From Thalia democratica (taxonomy: Eukaryota), in assembly GCA_965202585.1 (NCBI GenBank), contig OZ241828.1, positions 27,838,001 through 27,902,000 of the forward strand: DNA of 64,000 bases, read 5' to 3'. Positions 25,454-35,837 of the stretch are shown here, piece by piece. Numbering within the stretch: position 1 is the stretch's first letter; each line of letters begins with the position of its first letter. The notes under the pieces were generated by a model. The model had not been told where the DNA came from. It did not search any database and saw nothing but the letters and a program-made list of their open reading frames with translations. The translations under genes and the position numbers were made by a program.

Positions 25454-25623
25454 ATGTTACAAACGTTGCAAGAACTTTCAAGCAGACTTGTGCAAGCCAG
25501 CATAGTGGACAAACCAAACAATCACAAGGAGAATGAAGCAGTTAGAGCTGGCAGGCAGGCTGAGAAGAATGTTGAGGATATGTTGGTTCAACTGGGTGGT
25601 ATACCAGCTTACAATGTTTTCAG
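25454..25623 (+). CDS. NERD-domain protein, coding exon 1 of 5
   Basis: MLQTLQELSSRLVQASIVDKPNNHKENEAVRAGRQAEKNVEDMLVQLGGIPAYNVF(R). ATG lies 1 nt after an acceptor-like ACTTTCATCAG. Donor AG|GTAGCC, phase 2. G..AE..V...L is the typical NERD N-terminal helix. Confidence 0.8.
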
Positions 25624-25852
25624 GTAGCCTTACTATTTTATATATATTGATTTTAAAATGTATGAAATATTTTACTAAGTTAAATATTTTGTCTTATTAA
25701 TCTTTGTTTATGTGTGTCCGCTGTTAATGTTCTTATTTAAGTTTTTTTTTTCATAATTTGTCTATAATTTTTGAAGTATATAGAATTCTGTTTTAAATAA
25801 AAAATAAATAGTACTTTGATTTAAACTTGGAGTTTATGTGTTTATTTTCTAG

Positions 25853-26450
25853 TTCAACGTGGTAAATGTTTGTGCAGTTGGGTAGCATTGCTGCATATAA
25901 TGTTTTCAGGTAACTGTTTTTGTACAAGGCAAAAATTAGTAAAAGTTATTCATCTTCTTTTCGTAATTGATATTTATATGTTTGTTATACTTAAATATTT
26001 ACATTTATTTATGATTATAACCCAGTATTTTAGTCTTTTTCATAAGTCAAACTGATTATGTTACAAATTACTGCAGTTTCAGTTTCTTTTTTTATTTAAC
26101 TAATATGTATTTTTCATCCTTTTTTTAATTTATTTTAATCCTTTTTAGTATGGCACATTTATTTTTTAATTTGTTGTTTTGTTTTTTTCTTTTAACATAA
26201 TTAAAAGTGTTTTATATCAATGCAGATGGCATTCAGCTTGCAATGTGTTTTCAGGTTTGATTGTTTATTTTTTTGTATGAATGTACTTTTTTTATCATTT
26301 TTGAAGTTTGTATAAATCTGTTTTGTATCAACACTAAACAATATTTTGATTTAAATGTAGTGTTTTTATTTATATTTTCATAATTGAATTCAAGATGGTA
26401 AATGTTAATTAATGGGTGGCATCTATGCTTATTATGTATAGAGGTTAGCG
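25853..26450 (+). repeat. Degenerate copies of the NERD exon-1 end plus donor
   Basis: ~25866-25915, ~26220-26258 and ~26390-26447 resemble ...GGTGGTATACCAGCTTACAATGTTTTCAG|GT. Confidence 0.8.
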
Positions 26451-27299
26451 TAATTATTTAACATTTCAGTGTATACCATGGCTTTCCAAACTCATTATCC
26501 TAGCCTATAACTAGTCAGATAATGAAAAAATACTTGCCCATATTTACTAATTTAGCTATTCATTTACATTTTTTGATCTTTATTAAGGAGGCAAAATTTC
26601 AAACTTTTAAAACTCTGTTATTTTTGGTTATTTTTTTTATTACTTATTGAAGTTGTAAAGTTGTTACTTTTTTGTTTAAGTTCTTATGTATATTTTAATT
26701 TTGATACAATTTAAACATAAATGACAATTAGTATTAGTAGTGCCTGTTTTTAACGTAATTTTTGTTTATTTTATTTTGTAAACTTAATTTTTAACTTGAA
26801 GTTGTATAGCAGATTGTTATTTAAATTTAAAGTTTTTAATATTAAAATATTATACATAAGTTTTTCTCATAGCAAACCTGCTTAAGTACTTTTATTAGCA
26901 TTTAATTTCAAAGTAAAAAATAAAAATGTACAAATGAAGTTTGTTTAAACTTTAATAAGTTTTATTTTTAAAGCAATATGTTTAAAATCGTGTAAATTAA
27001 ACTTTGTTCGATGACTTGTTTGTATGACTTATATTTCTTAATGTGATATTTTCAGGTTTTACATAATAACTAATTTAAGTATTAATTTTTAAACAACTTT
27101 TTATTGTGAATAAGTCATATTAAGAAACATTACATATATTTTAAAACCAATGTATGTTTTTATTTTTGAATTTTTATAACTTTTATTTTGTTTAATATAG
27201 TTAAATTTTAAATGTTGTAGGTGTTCATTAACGTCGGCTTTTTTATGTAAGCATGAAGTACAAAATTACATTATGTTTAAAGTTTATTCAGGTTTTCAA

Positions 27300-28260
27300 A
27301 GTGTTTCCAAAAAAAAAAAGGACCTAAGGCCATAGGGGGTTTAATTTTTTTTTTACATTTACATAACAGCTTAAAAACTATGAGAAGTAACTACAAGTCA
27401 GGTTTTGTAGAATTGAAGGAAATAACAATTTTTTGAATAATTTTGATTTTTTCTTAAGCTTTCAGTGCAAAAGTATGGACCTCAGTATCTTTAAGGCCAT
27501 AGGGATATTAATCATGTTTTTTACAAGTTGATTTTATTTTATAAAGTTTTTTCTAAGTTTCAAGATATTTTTTTATTGTTTTAAAAAATTCAAATTATTT
27601 TTTGAGATATGACCAGTCAAAGTCGGGCAGCATAATAGGTTCCCTATTGTAAGGGAAAACTAAAACAGCAAAAAAAAGACTATTATATTTAAAATCTATC
27701 TCTTCCTACATTTTTAAAGCAATATTTTTCAAATTTTTATAATCTAATCTTTATACAATAACAAAAAAAAAAACAAAAAACATTACTTTGGACTTTAAAA
27801 AATTTCAAAGATTTTTTTTTTTTAAACAAGACAAACTTTTTTAATAAAATATAAACTACTAAAATTAATAAGTAACATTTTTTTCTTTTAGTATAAGAAA
27901 CTTTTCCTGAAAGTTTGAAGTAGATTGGTTGAAAAATGAAGGAGGAAATAGATTTTAGTGATATTTAAAATTTCCAAGAAAATTGAAAGTGAAAAATTTT
28001 CGATCCATACGTTTGTATTGCAAAATTTTTACACAAAATAAAATACCTCAAAACATAAATGATATTTTTGAGCTCTATGAAAACTTGCTTATAGTTTGTT
28101 CTTACAACTTTTATATAAAAGCCAAAGTTAATTTTTGTAAAAAAAATGTTGGACCTCCTTATGGTTTCAGAAAATTCTAATGAACTTGAAACTTAATTTT
28201 TGAGCTGAAATTTTCAGAAAACAATCCATTTGTAGTTTAAAACACCTTGATTGTTGTAAT
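27300..28260. mobile_element. Probable non-autonomous DNA-transposon relic in NERD intron 1
   Basis: Block slightly richer in GC with repeated GGACCT..AAGGCCATAGGG motifs (~27320, ~27478) and GGACCTCCTTATGG (~28151). Termini not resolved. Confidence 0.35.
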
Positions 28261-28270
28261 TAAAAATTAT

Positions 28271-28642
28271 TTTCACACAGATCACTCCGCATACCCAAAC
28301 CAACTGCAAACAGAGGTTCACTGAAATATTAAATCATTATTTTAACACAAATATATCTTGATTTGATGTTATTGTTAGAAAATTATTATTTTTATTCAGT
28401 AGAAGTGAATTAAGAAATCACTCTGTATTCCAAGTTTAGTATATAGTTATTGATATTAGACTTGGTATAGTTTAGTGTCAATATTTTTGATGAAAATAAA
28501 ATCCCACACAGATCCGCACACCTGACCAACTGCAATTAAATTTTTTTAGTACTGTAATATTTAGATAATATTTATTTTTTAAATTTTTATCATTAAAATA
28601 AGTTTTTCACACAGTTCACTTCGAATACCCAACGAACTGCAA
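28271..28642 (+). repeat. Three degenerate copies of the NERD exon-2 acceptor plus start
   Basis: 28271-28311, 28503-28535 and 28604-28642 match CAG|ATCACTTCGCATACCCAACCAGTTGCAA. Confidence 0.9.
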
Positions 28643-28724
28643 TTAAAATTTTTGGTATTATGTATTTTTTTAATGATATAATATTTTGATACTGTTGCCT
28701 TCTAAAACAAATATTTTTTTACAG

Positions 28725-28917
28725 ATCACTTCGCATACCCAACCAGTTGCAAACTGGAAGGAGCGAAATTGACCTTGTGGTGATAACCGACCACCAAATT
28801 TACTGCTTGGAAGTTAAGAATTGGAGTGGAAATATAAGGATGTCTTGCAACAATATATACTGGGATCAGACTGTTAAAAGGGACGGAAGGACCAAAGTTA
28901 TACAGCACATGTGCCCT
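28725..28917 (+). CDS. NERD-domain protein, coding exon 2 (catalytic core)
   Basis: TTTTTACAG acceptor; SLRIPNQLQTGRSEIDLVVITDHQIYCLEVKNWSG...QHMCP; donor GTAAGT. EID...EVKNWSG is the NERD / PD-(D/E)xK signature. Phase 2 in, phase 0 out. Confidence 0.9.
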
Positions 28918-29004
28918 GTAAGTGTTTGTTTTTTAAAATAAATGTTAAATTGTGCTGATACTATGTTGTGCATTGTCTGCTTATTTGGTGTTTCAATTTA
29001 TTTT

Positions 29005-29204
29005 AGCATACGTGTCCAGTTAATGTTTGTATTTATAATATTTTTTTTTACTTTAAAATACAAATCTATGCAATATTTATAATTTATTTACTACTAACTT
29101 GCAATTTATTGATAGCACTGTTAGTTTTTATACCATTGTACTTTCAAACTTTTTTTCTGTTAAAATTGATTAAAGTTATATATCATATGTGCCCTACAAG
29201 TTTT
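29005..29204 (+). repeat. Two degenerate copies of the NERD exon-2 end plus donor
   Basis: 29005-29030 AGCATACGTGTCCAGTTAATGTTTGT and 29172-29204 AAAGTTATATATCATATGTGCCCTACAAGT, versus exon AAAGTTATACAGCACATGTGCCCT|GTAAGTGTTTGT. Confidence 0.75.
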
Positions 29205-30167
29205 TTTATTGTTTACTTAAAATTTTATATATATATATATATGTTTAAGGATGCTTTTCTGATAATAACATTTTCAATGAATATAGTCTCAAGTATGCTT
29301 TTTGTGAGAAACTCAAGAAGTGCCTTCATGAGACTTTTTTCAAATCGTCTTAAAACGTGTAGAATATGTTTCTGTGATAGTTACTACATGTAAAAAATTT
29401 GAACCAAAAACTTGAAAGTCGAATTTTTTAGGTCCTATACAATTAATTAGAGTTGTTTTCAGAAAAAAAAATATTTCGCTTCTACTAACGCTTCTTTAAA
29501 TAATCTAAAATATTGCTCACGGTGTTTTAAGTGATGTTTGCCAATCTTAATTCTTTTTCAGCTTAAATTCAAGAGTAGCCGTTTTGTTAAGCTAATGTGT
29601 ATACTTGATAAGCAATGTGGGATATTTTGTTTTAAAATGATAGTATTTTATTGTTTATGCTGAACACAGTTTTATTTACATAAGAATGTTATTTTTTTTT
29701 CTCTACTCAACAAAGTTCTAGGTAAATAAATATGAAATATAAAGCCTTACAAAAGCTTTTAAATAGTGTACAAAACCATTTGACATAACCAAAGTTACTG
29801 AAGTTATTAATTAAACATTGTTCGGAGTTGCATATTTTAAATATACTTAGTTCTATTTTCAGATAACTTAACTTTAAAGATTAATTTATAACTCAGACAA
29901 ATCTATTTGCTAAAATTGCTCAAAATCCTTTTTAGACCTTTTTGAATTTACTTATTTATTTTACTCAGCCTAAAAGCAATTAAGCTTAATTTAAAAAGTC
30001 TGGAGCATTATTGGCAATCAAAAAGCCTGCTTAATCTGTAATGAGTATTTTTAACTTTTTAAATTTGTTTTTTGACAAACATTTAATTTTAATAGATTTA
30101 AAATTTAGAAATATAAGTTTTTAATTAGATACAACAGGCTAATAAAAATTCTTAAACTTTTTTTTAG

Positions 30168-30409
30168 ATCCGGAGCATTGTGGATAAAACTGCCCTCCTT
30201 AGATCCCACTTTGCACGTAATGGAGTTTTTATTCCGGGAAAATCCCTACTTTCCCGCGTTGTCATGGTGAACAGCAACGGGGAGCTGGACCCCAGCATAA
30301 CAACCAGCGATACTGTGATCACCCCCCAGCAACTGAAAGATTTCGCGGGGAAATTTCAGAAGCCAATTAGCAGTTACTTGTTAGATCCATTTGTACCTTT
30401 CTTTTTGGG
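30168..30409 (+). CDS. NERD-domain protein, coding exon 3
   Basis: Poly-T-AG acceptor; IRSIVDKTALLRSHFARNG...SRVVMVNSN...LLDPFVPFFL(G); donor GTGAGT. Phase 0 in, phase 2 out. Confidence 0.88.
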
Positions 30410-31171
30410 GTGAGTTTTTTTCCTAAAATACTGAAAAATTGTTTTCCTACAATTGTTTTATAAGATTTTGAATAAAAACTGCTCAACTTATATATGTAGT
30501 TTTTAAATTTTTATGACTCAAGGTTTTTGGCTTTAGGTTGAGATTAAGCTGAGCTAAATGTTATAGATTATTTTGTAGTTTTAAAAGAGTTATACATAGT
30601 TTAATGTGCTAAACACTTTTTAATATTTAAAGTAGTTTTAAAGAATGATTTTCAATACTTTCTAAAAAAGTAATGGACTCATTTAATTTTATTTAGATTG
30701 ATTGTTAATTAAATTTTTAAAACTTACTATAAATTTAATGACAAAAAATTTATAAAGCCTTCTGAATATGGAATCTGCAAGGTAACTTTCATGAGGTGTT
30801 CTATGTTTTTTAATTGATTTTTTGTTTTGTTTATTTTGGTGATTTACTCTAATCAACTTATTTTATTTTAGTTTTCTTTTAACAATAAATTTACCTTAAC
30901 TTGCTTATTTTACTGATATAGTTTTTTTGTTTAATTGAGTTTTTTTATGTTGAAAGAAAATAACTAAATTTGAAATAAAGTAATTTTAGGTGTTATGTTG
31001 ACTTTAATGTTTTTTTTTGTAGTTTTTTGAACATAAGTCTTATTATACTAAATACATAAAAAGATTTTTTTTTAATTTTTAGATTTATACTTTTGGATTG
31101 AGAATACTTTAGTCTTTGATAATATTTATAATAAATTTTGTAATTGATTTTTCTCATAAACGTTTTAAAAA

Positions 31172-31790
31172 ATCTCACTACTCGCAATCAAGCTTAATTT
31201 GACAAATTCTAAGCTCCATAACTAATTATTTAATATTTAAAATACTTGTTATATTGAAAATAGTGATAGTTCGCAGAAATATAGTTAAAAAAATCTAATA
31301 AAATTTAATTAAAAAGTTGTAACTATATTACAGAAGCGCATTCAGCTTCTCGCAATTATAATTGATTCGTCAAATTCTCAACTCTGTAAAAATTAATTAG
31401 CAGTAATTATAATAAAATTAAAAGTTGTTTAAAATATAAATTTCTTAAACACTTTTAAATAAACAACTTACAAAAATAATTAATAAGTAATTATTATACA
31501 GATAAACATTCTCATACTCCAAACTAACCCAAAGTTCTCAACCATGTAGAAATTAAAATATTTAAAACATTTTATAAGCTCGAATAAATCTGTTTCAAGT
31601 CTTTAGTTTTTTTACAAATAGAGGAACTTTCTCACACTCCCAACTTAGTTTGATCTGCCAAATACTTAACTCTGTAATTATTATTTGTTGTAAAAATAAT
31701 AATAATTAAACAAACTTCTAAATAGCTATTACTATTCTTCAATTTTAAATAAATACGTTCTCATACTCCCGACTTAAAGTAATTGATTAG
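31172..31790 (+). repeat. Five degenerate copies of the NERD exon-4 acceptor plus start
   Basis: ~31172, 31326, 31496, 31615 and 31755, spaced ~120-170 bp, each resembling AG|AGGGACATTCTCATACTCCCAATTATCATTGATCCGTCAAATACTCAACT. Confidence 0.9.
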
Positions 31791-31894
31791 TAACAATAAT
31801 AGTAAATATAAAAATAATAGCAGTAGTGATGATAACAAATTGTCCTAAACATTGTTTATTACATAAAGACAAAATAAAATAACTATTTCCACAG

Positions 31895-32106
31895 AGGGAC
31901 ATTCTCATACTCCCAATTATCATTGATCCGTCAAATACTCAACTGCGTGGGAACTTGGGACGTTTGCGAACTGGAAGGAGGCAAGATGCTGCACGGCGAC
32001 TTCAAACAATTTGATTGTGACGTCACCGTGAGCAGGAAGAACTGTGACGTCATAGAGTTCAACCACAACAGGAACGACGCCATGGCCTCTTTGTGGGCGT
32101 TGATGG
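31895..32106 (+). CDS. NERD-domain protein, coding exon 4
   Basis: TTTCCACAG acceptor; GTFSYSQLSLIRQILNCVGTWDVCELEGGKMLHGDF...MASLWALM(G); donor GTTGGT. Phase 2 in, phase 1 out. Confidence 0.85.
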
Positions 32107-32378
32107 GTTGGTTGAAAATATATACTTTTTATTTAAAAAACTCAAGCTGGAATAAGTTTAATATATATTGTAAAGTTATCCAATTCATTCTAGGTTATTA
32201 TAAAAAAAATTTAATAAAAGAACAAAAACGCGATGTAAATAAAAAACTAGTTTTATAGAATGCTTCAATTCTTTATTCTGGTTATTAATATTTTGTTTAA
32301 TTTAGTCGTATAACTTATTATATTATGTCTTTTTATATTTATGCTGTAAGTTTTTAATTGATTGTTACTCAATTTTAG

Positions 32379-32602
32379 GTTATTCCCCAACAACAAAAGT
32401 TCGAGCACTCGCCAGATTTGATAGTAACCAATCGTCATGGTTACCTGCGTCACTGGACATTACGTCATGGTTGCTGGGCAAGCAGGTTGTCATGGAAACC
32501 AATGTAAAGTTCACGAGTCACGTCAAGTTCAGGATTGCTGGCGACAGAGTCGATTCGAAAATACAAGTAAACGACATAAAGAAAATTACGCTGAGTTTGT
32601 GA
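32379..32602 (+). CDS. NERD-domain protein, coding exon 5 (stop)
   Basis: TTTTAG acceptor; (G)YSPTTKVRALARFD...VKFRIAGDRVDSKIQVNDIKKITLSL*. Spliced CDS 170+193+242+212+224 = 1041 nt = 346 aa plus stop, with all phases compatible. Confidence 0.88.
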
Positions 32603-35600
32603 AAGACTTAGAAGTAATTTTGAAAACAATACTTTGTAAGGTTTCTTAAAAAAAACATATTATCATTTGTTTTTTATACAAAGAATTACAAATTTTGTTA
32701 AGACTTTAAGAAAACAACTTATGGACTATCAAAAAACTTACCCGAGTTGGTGAATTGGAATACTAAAAGATACAATGATTTCCCTTATTTCAGTTTCAGA
32801 AAAAAATGTTCGCACAGAAACATATAGTTGCAATATACAAAGTAGGAACGCCTATAAATACACTATAAGTATAAAGCATCTAATTTAGTCGCAATATTTG
32901 GCCAAGTTTCTATTTTTTAACCTGTGTTCAGTTTTTTTCCATTCCTGTTATGTCTAAATATGAAAAGTTTAATTTTTTTTTTTAAATTTGTGTTTCCATA
33001 ATGCTTACAAAGCATTCAATAAAACTTTTTCAATTTCCGAAGATTTTGTTATTATTTTTTTACATTTCTATCAAATTACTGTTTATTCCAGGTATAAAGT
33101 TTTTGCTCTTAAGTGTTTTACTTTATAGCGCGAAAAAAGAAAACTAGTTTGAATACATAAATTTTACTTGATTTTAAAGTTTTCTGTAAGTTGCCATAAG
33201 TTTGAAACTGGTATTGCTTATTTGTATTTTTCGTTAGATATTTTTTTAAGGTTAAGGTTTTATAACAGTGTTATTTTTTTTCTATGATGTTTTAAATTAA
33301 GTGTATTCCATTAAATTATTGTTATTTCCAAAAATATATTTTAGCTCCAAACACTTATGATTCGTGACATAAAATTGTACATGCATAAAGATTCCCTAAT
33401 ATTTTTTGCCAAGTTTGTCATTAACGTTAAAAACTTTTTTTTTGAATAATTTTCCGTAAACTAAAATATAGTTTTAAACATTCTAGTGCTGTTTTTCAGT
33501 CATTGTTAACAATATCGTTTTATAGATCAAATAGTTTACTAAAGCTATTGTTTGAAATTAAGTTTAAACTTAAGTTTAGTTGAAAAATAATCGAAATTTT
33601 GGATAAAAGTTAATGAGTTTTTAGTAATTTTGTTTCGCTGTTTGTATATAAAATACGATTAGCACAACTATTATAACATCATTGATTAAAATTTTATGTA
33701 TGTAAAAAAAAGTTGTAATAAAAAATATATATGCTTTGGTTTTCTAAAAATTAAAAATATTTGAAAGATGCTGTTACTACAATTAATTATCTTTTACTTA
33801 TTTTTAATTTTTCTGTATCAGAAAACATTAAATCAACAAACATTTGTAATTTTATTTACCTACCTAAGTGCATATTTACATCTGTTTAAAGTTTTTTTTT
33901 TAAAGCATCATATTAACTTAAAAAATAGTAACTTTGATATATAGTTGAAGTACAGTTTGAAAAACTAAAAGAAAATTATATACCGATACTGCTTTTGAAA
34001 ATGTTTTTATAAACATCATTATTGTGTTTTGCCTAATACATTTCATCTATTGCCTTTTAATAGTTGGGTGCCTCTAATTTCTTGTAAATAATTTAACTGC
34101 CTGTTTTGTCTTATTCATTGTAAACATATTTCCTTTTTTGGCCAAAAGTTGTCTTTGAAATTTTGTCTTTAAAAATAATAGTTTTATTTTTGTTGTTTTG
34201 TGCCTTTAGCATTGAAAATAAAATAAGTTATATTGAGTTTTTATTATATTCTAATTAATTAATATTACACTTGCAATCTTAGATTTATTTTAAAATAAAT
34301 ATGACAATTTTTTTTCCATTAAATATCAGAATAACATAACAACTATTTAGATTTATTTAAAGTATAACTCAGCTTACTATTAAAAGTTTCTTTAGAAAAC
34401 TTCTTGAATAAAATGTTCAAACTTTCCATATGTATAAGTTGTACCTAAAATGGTAATTAGTATAAAAACAGTTGAAGTTTAGTATTCAAAACTAGAGTAT
34501 GTAATTTTTTAAATTTTATTTTAAAATATGGAAAAAAAAATCTAAATAAATTATTAAACTTGTCAGTATTAAGCTAAGTTAGCTGTTTTGATAAAAATAG
34601 CACGAAGTATAAATATTCACTATTTAATTAGATTTAAATTTTCCTTATGTTAATTTTTAAAACTAGTAAAATGTTATATCCAAAAAGTTTATAAAATATA
34701 TCAACAATAAAATAAAAGAGGCACGTAATATAAAACCTATTGTACTAAGCATTTTAAATAATTCTTATATTAACATAAAAAGCTTTATAAAACACTCATT
34801 AGTAAAATTAGTTATATTATTAGCTGCATTTTAAACGTCATTCGTGACTCATAATACTTAATTGTGACTAACAGTTTTCAAGTATTATGAAAGCGTGAGT
34901 AAACAGTTACTGAATATAAGTTTAATTATTTTTTTGTGAAATATTTTTACACAAGCTGATTGCATATTTTGTTGAACTTCATGAATTTTGCCCTTGTTGG
35001 TAGTGTTTGTAAAAAAAGTACAAAAATAACTAACTTTTGTTCAGGTGCTAAATTTAAAAACATACTGATGACACAAAACTAAATGCTGCCTGTTAAATAA
35101 AGTGACATTGACAGGTATAAGTAAACTACAAAGACTAAAACATTAAATTAAAAAAACTAATAACAAAATTTTCATAAGTTATTACAAACTTGAGGGAAAC
35201 AACGTTGAAATTGTATAATTTTAAGTACAAGTTTTTGAATAAACTTGCTACACTATAACTTCATTTATGAAGGGAACAACATCTAACAATATGTCTTTGA
35301 AAATTTCATCATTAAATCTGTAGAATATAGTTTAGAAGTAGTGCATTATCTTATTTACTCACATACAATAAATTTTACAGTTTAAAATTTAATGCATACT
35401 AGTGCAGAGTTTTCTCTTTCATGTAGGCTCTTAATCTTTATTGATTTATAATGATGGAACTAAAGATAGTGTAGTACTTTAATAAAAACTATTTTTTTTA
35501 ACACATTTTTACCAAACTAAATTTCGCCCAAAGAACTTGTCAGTGCATTGTATAGAGTTTTTTTTTACAGAGTTACAATACTATATCAAATTATCCTTAA

Positions 35601-35837
35601 TAATTCAATTCTCCACACCAATCCGTTGATCATAATTGTAAGCGTTGACAATTTTCTCATTTTCAGTGCAATAATAAAAAACGTGTGAAAATTCGTAAGT
35701 ATTTTGTTAATTTATAAGTAATAGTATATTTATTAATCAGTAAATGTCCTCTGCAAAACAGAAGAATAAAGTATATCGGTTTTTTTAGCAGTTGTTGTCT
35801 TGAAGTAGAAGTATAAAAAATAATGGTTTTTGTTTAG

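Noticed and set aside
28271-28760. Repeat-spacer-like pattern resembling a CRISPR array next to a nuclease domain (also 31172-31940)
   Set aside because: Repeats are degenerate, spacers are irregular (~70-190 bp) and AT-rich, the DNA is eukaryotic, and the repeats are explained as copies of the exon start.
32437-32649. ORF-track peptide MVTCVTGHY...
   Set aside because: Wrong frame; the spliced exon 5 uses another frame that continues exon 4 and ends at TGA 32602.
35667-35694. 28-nt plus-strand micro-exon candidate (TTTTCAG...GTAAGT)
   Set aside because: Its only open frame is not phase-compatible with the next candidate exon at 38729, and there is no other support.
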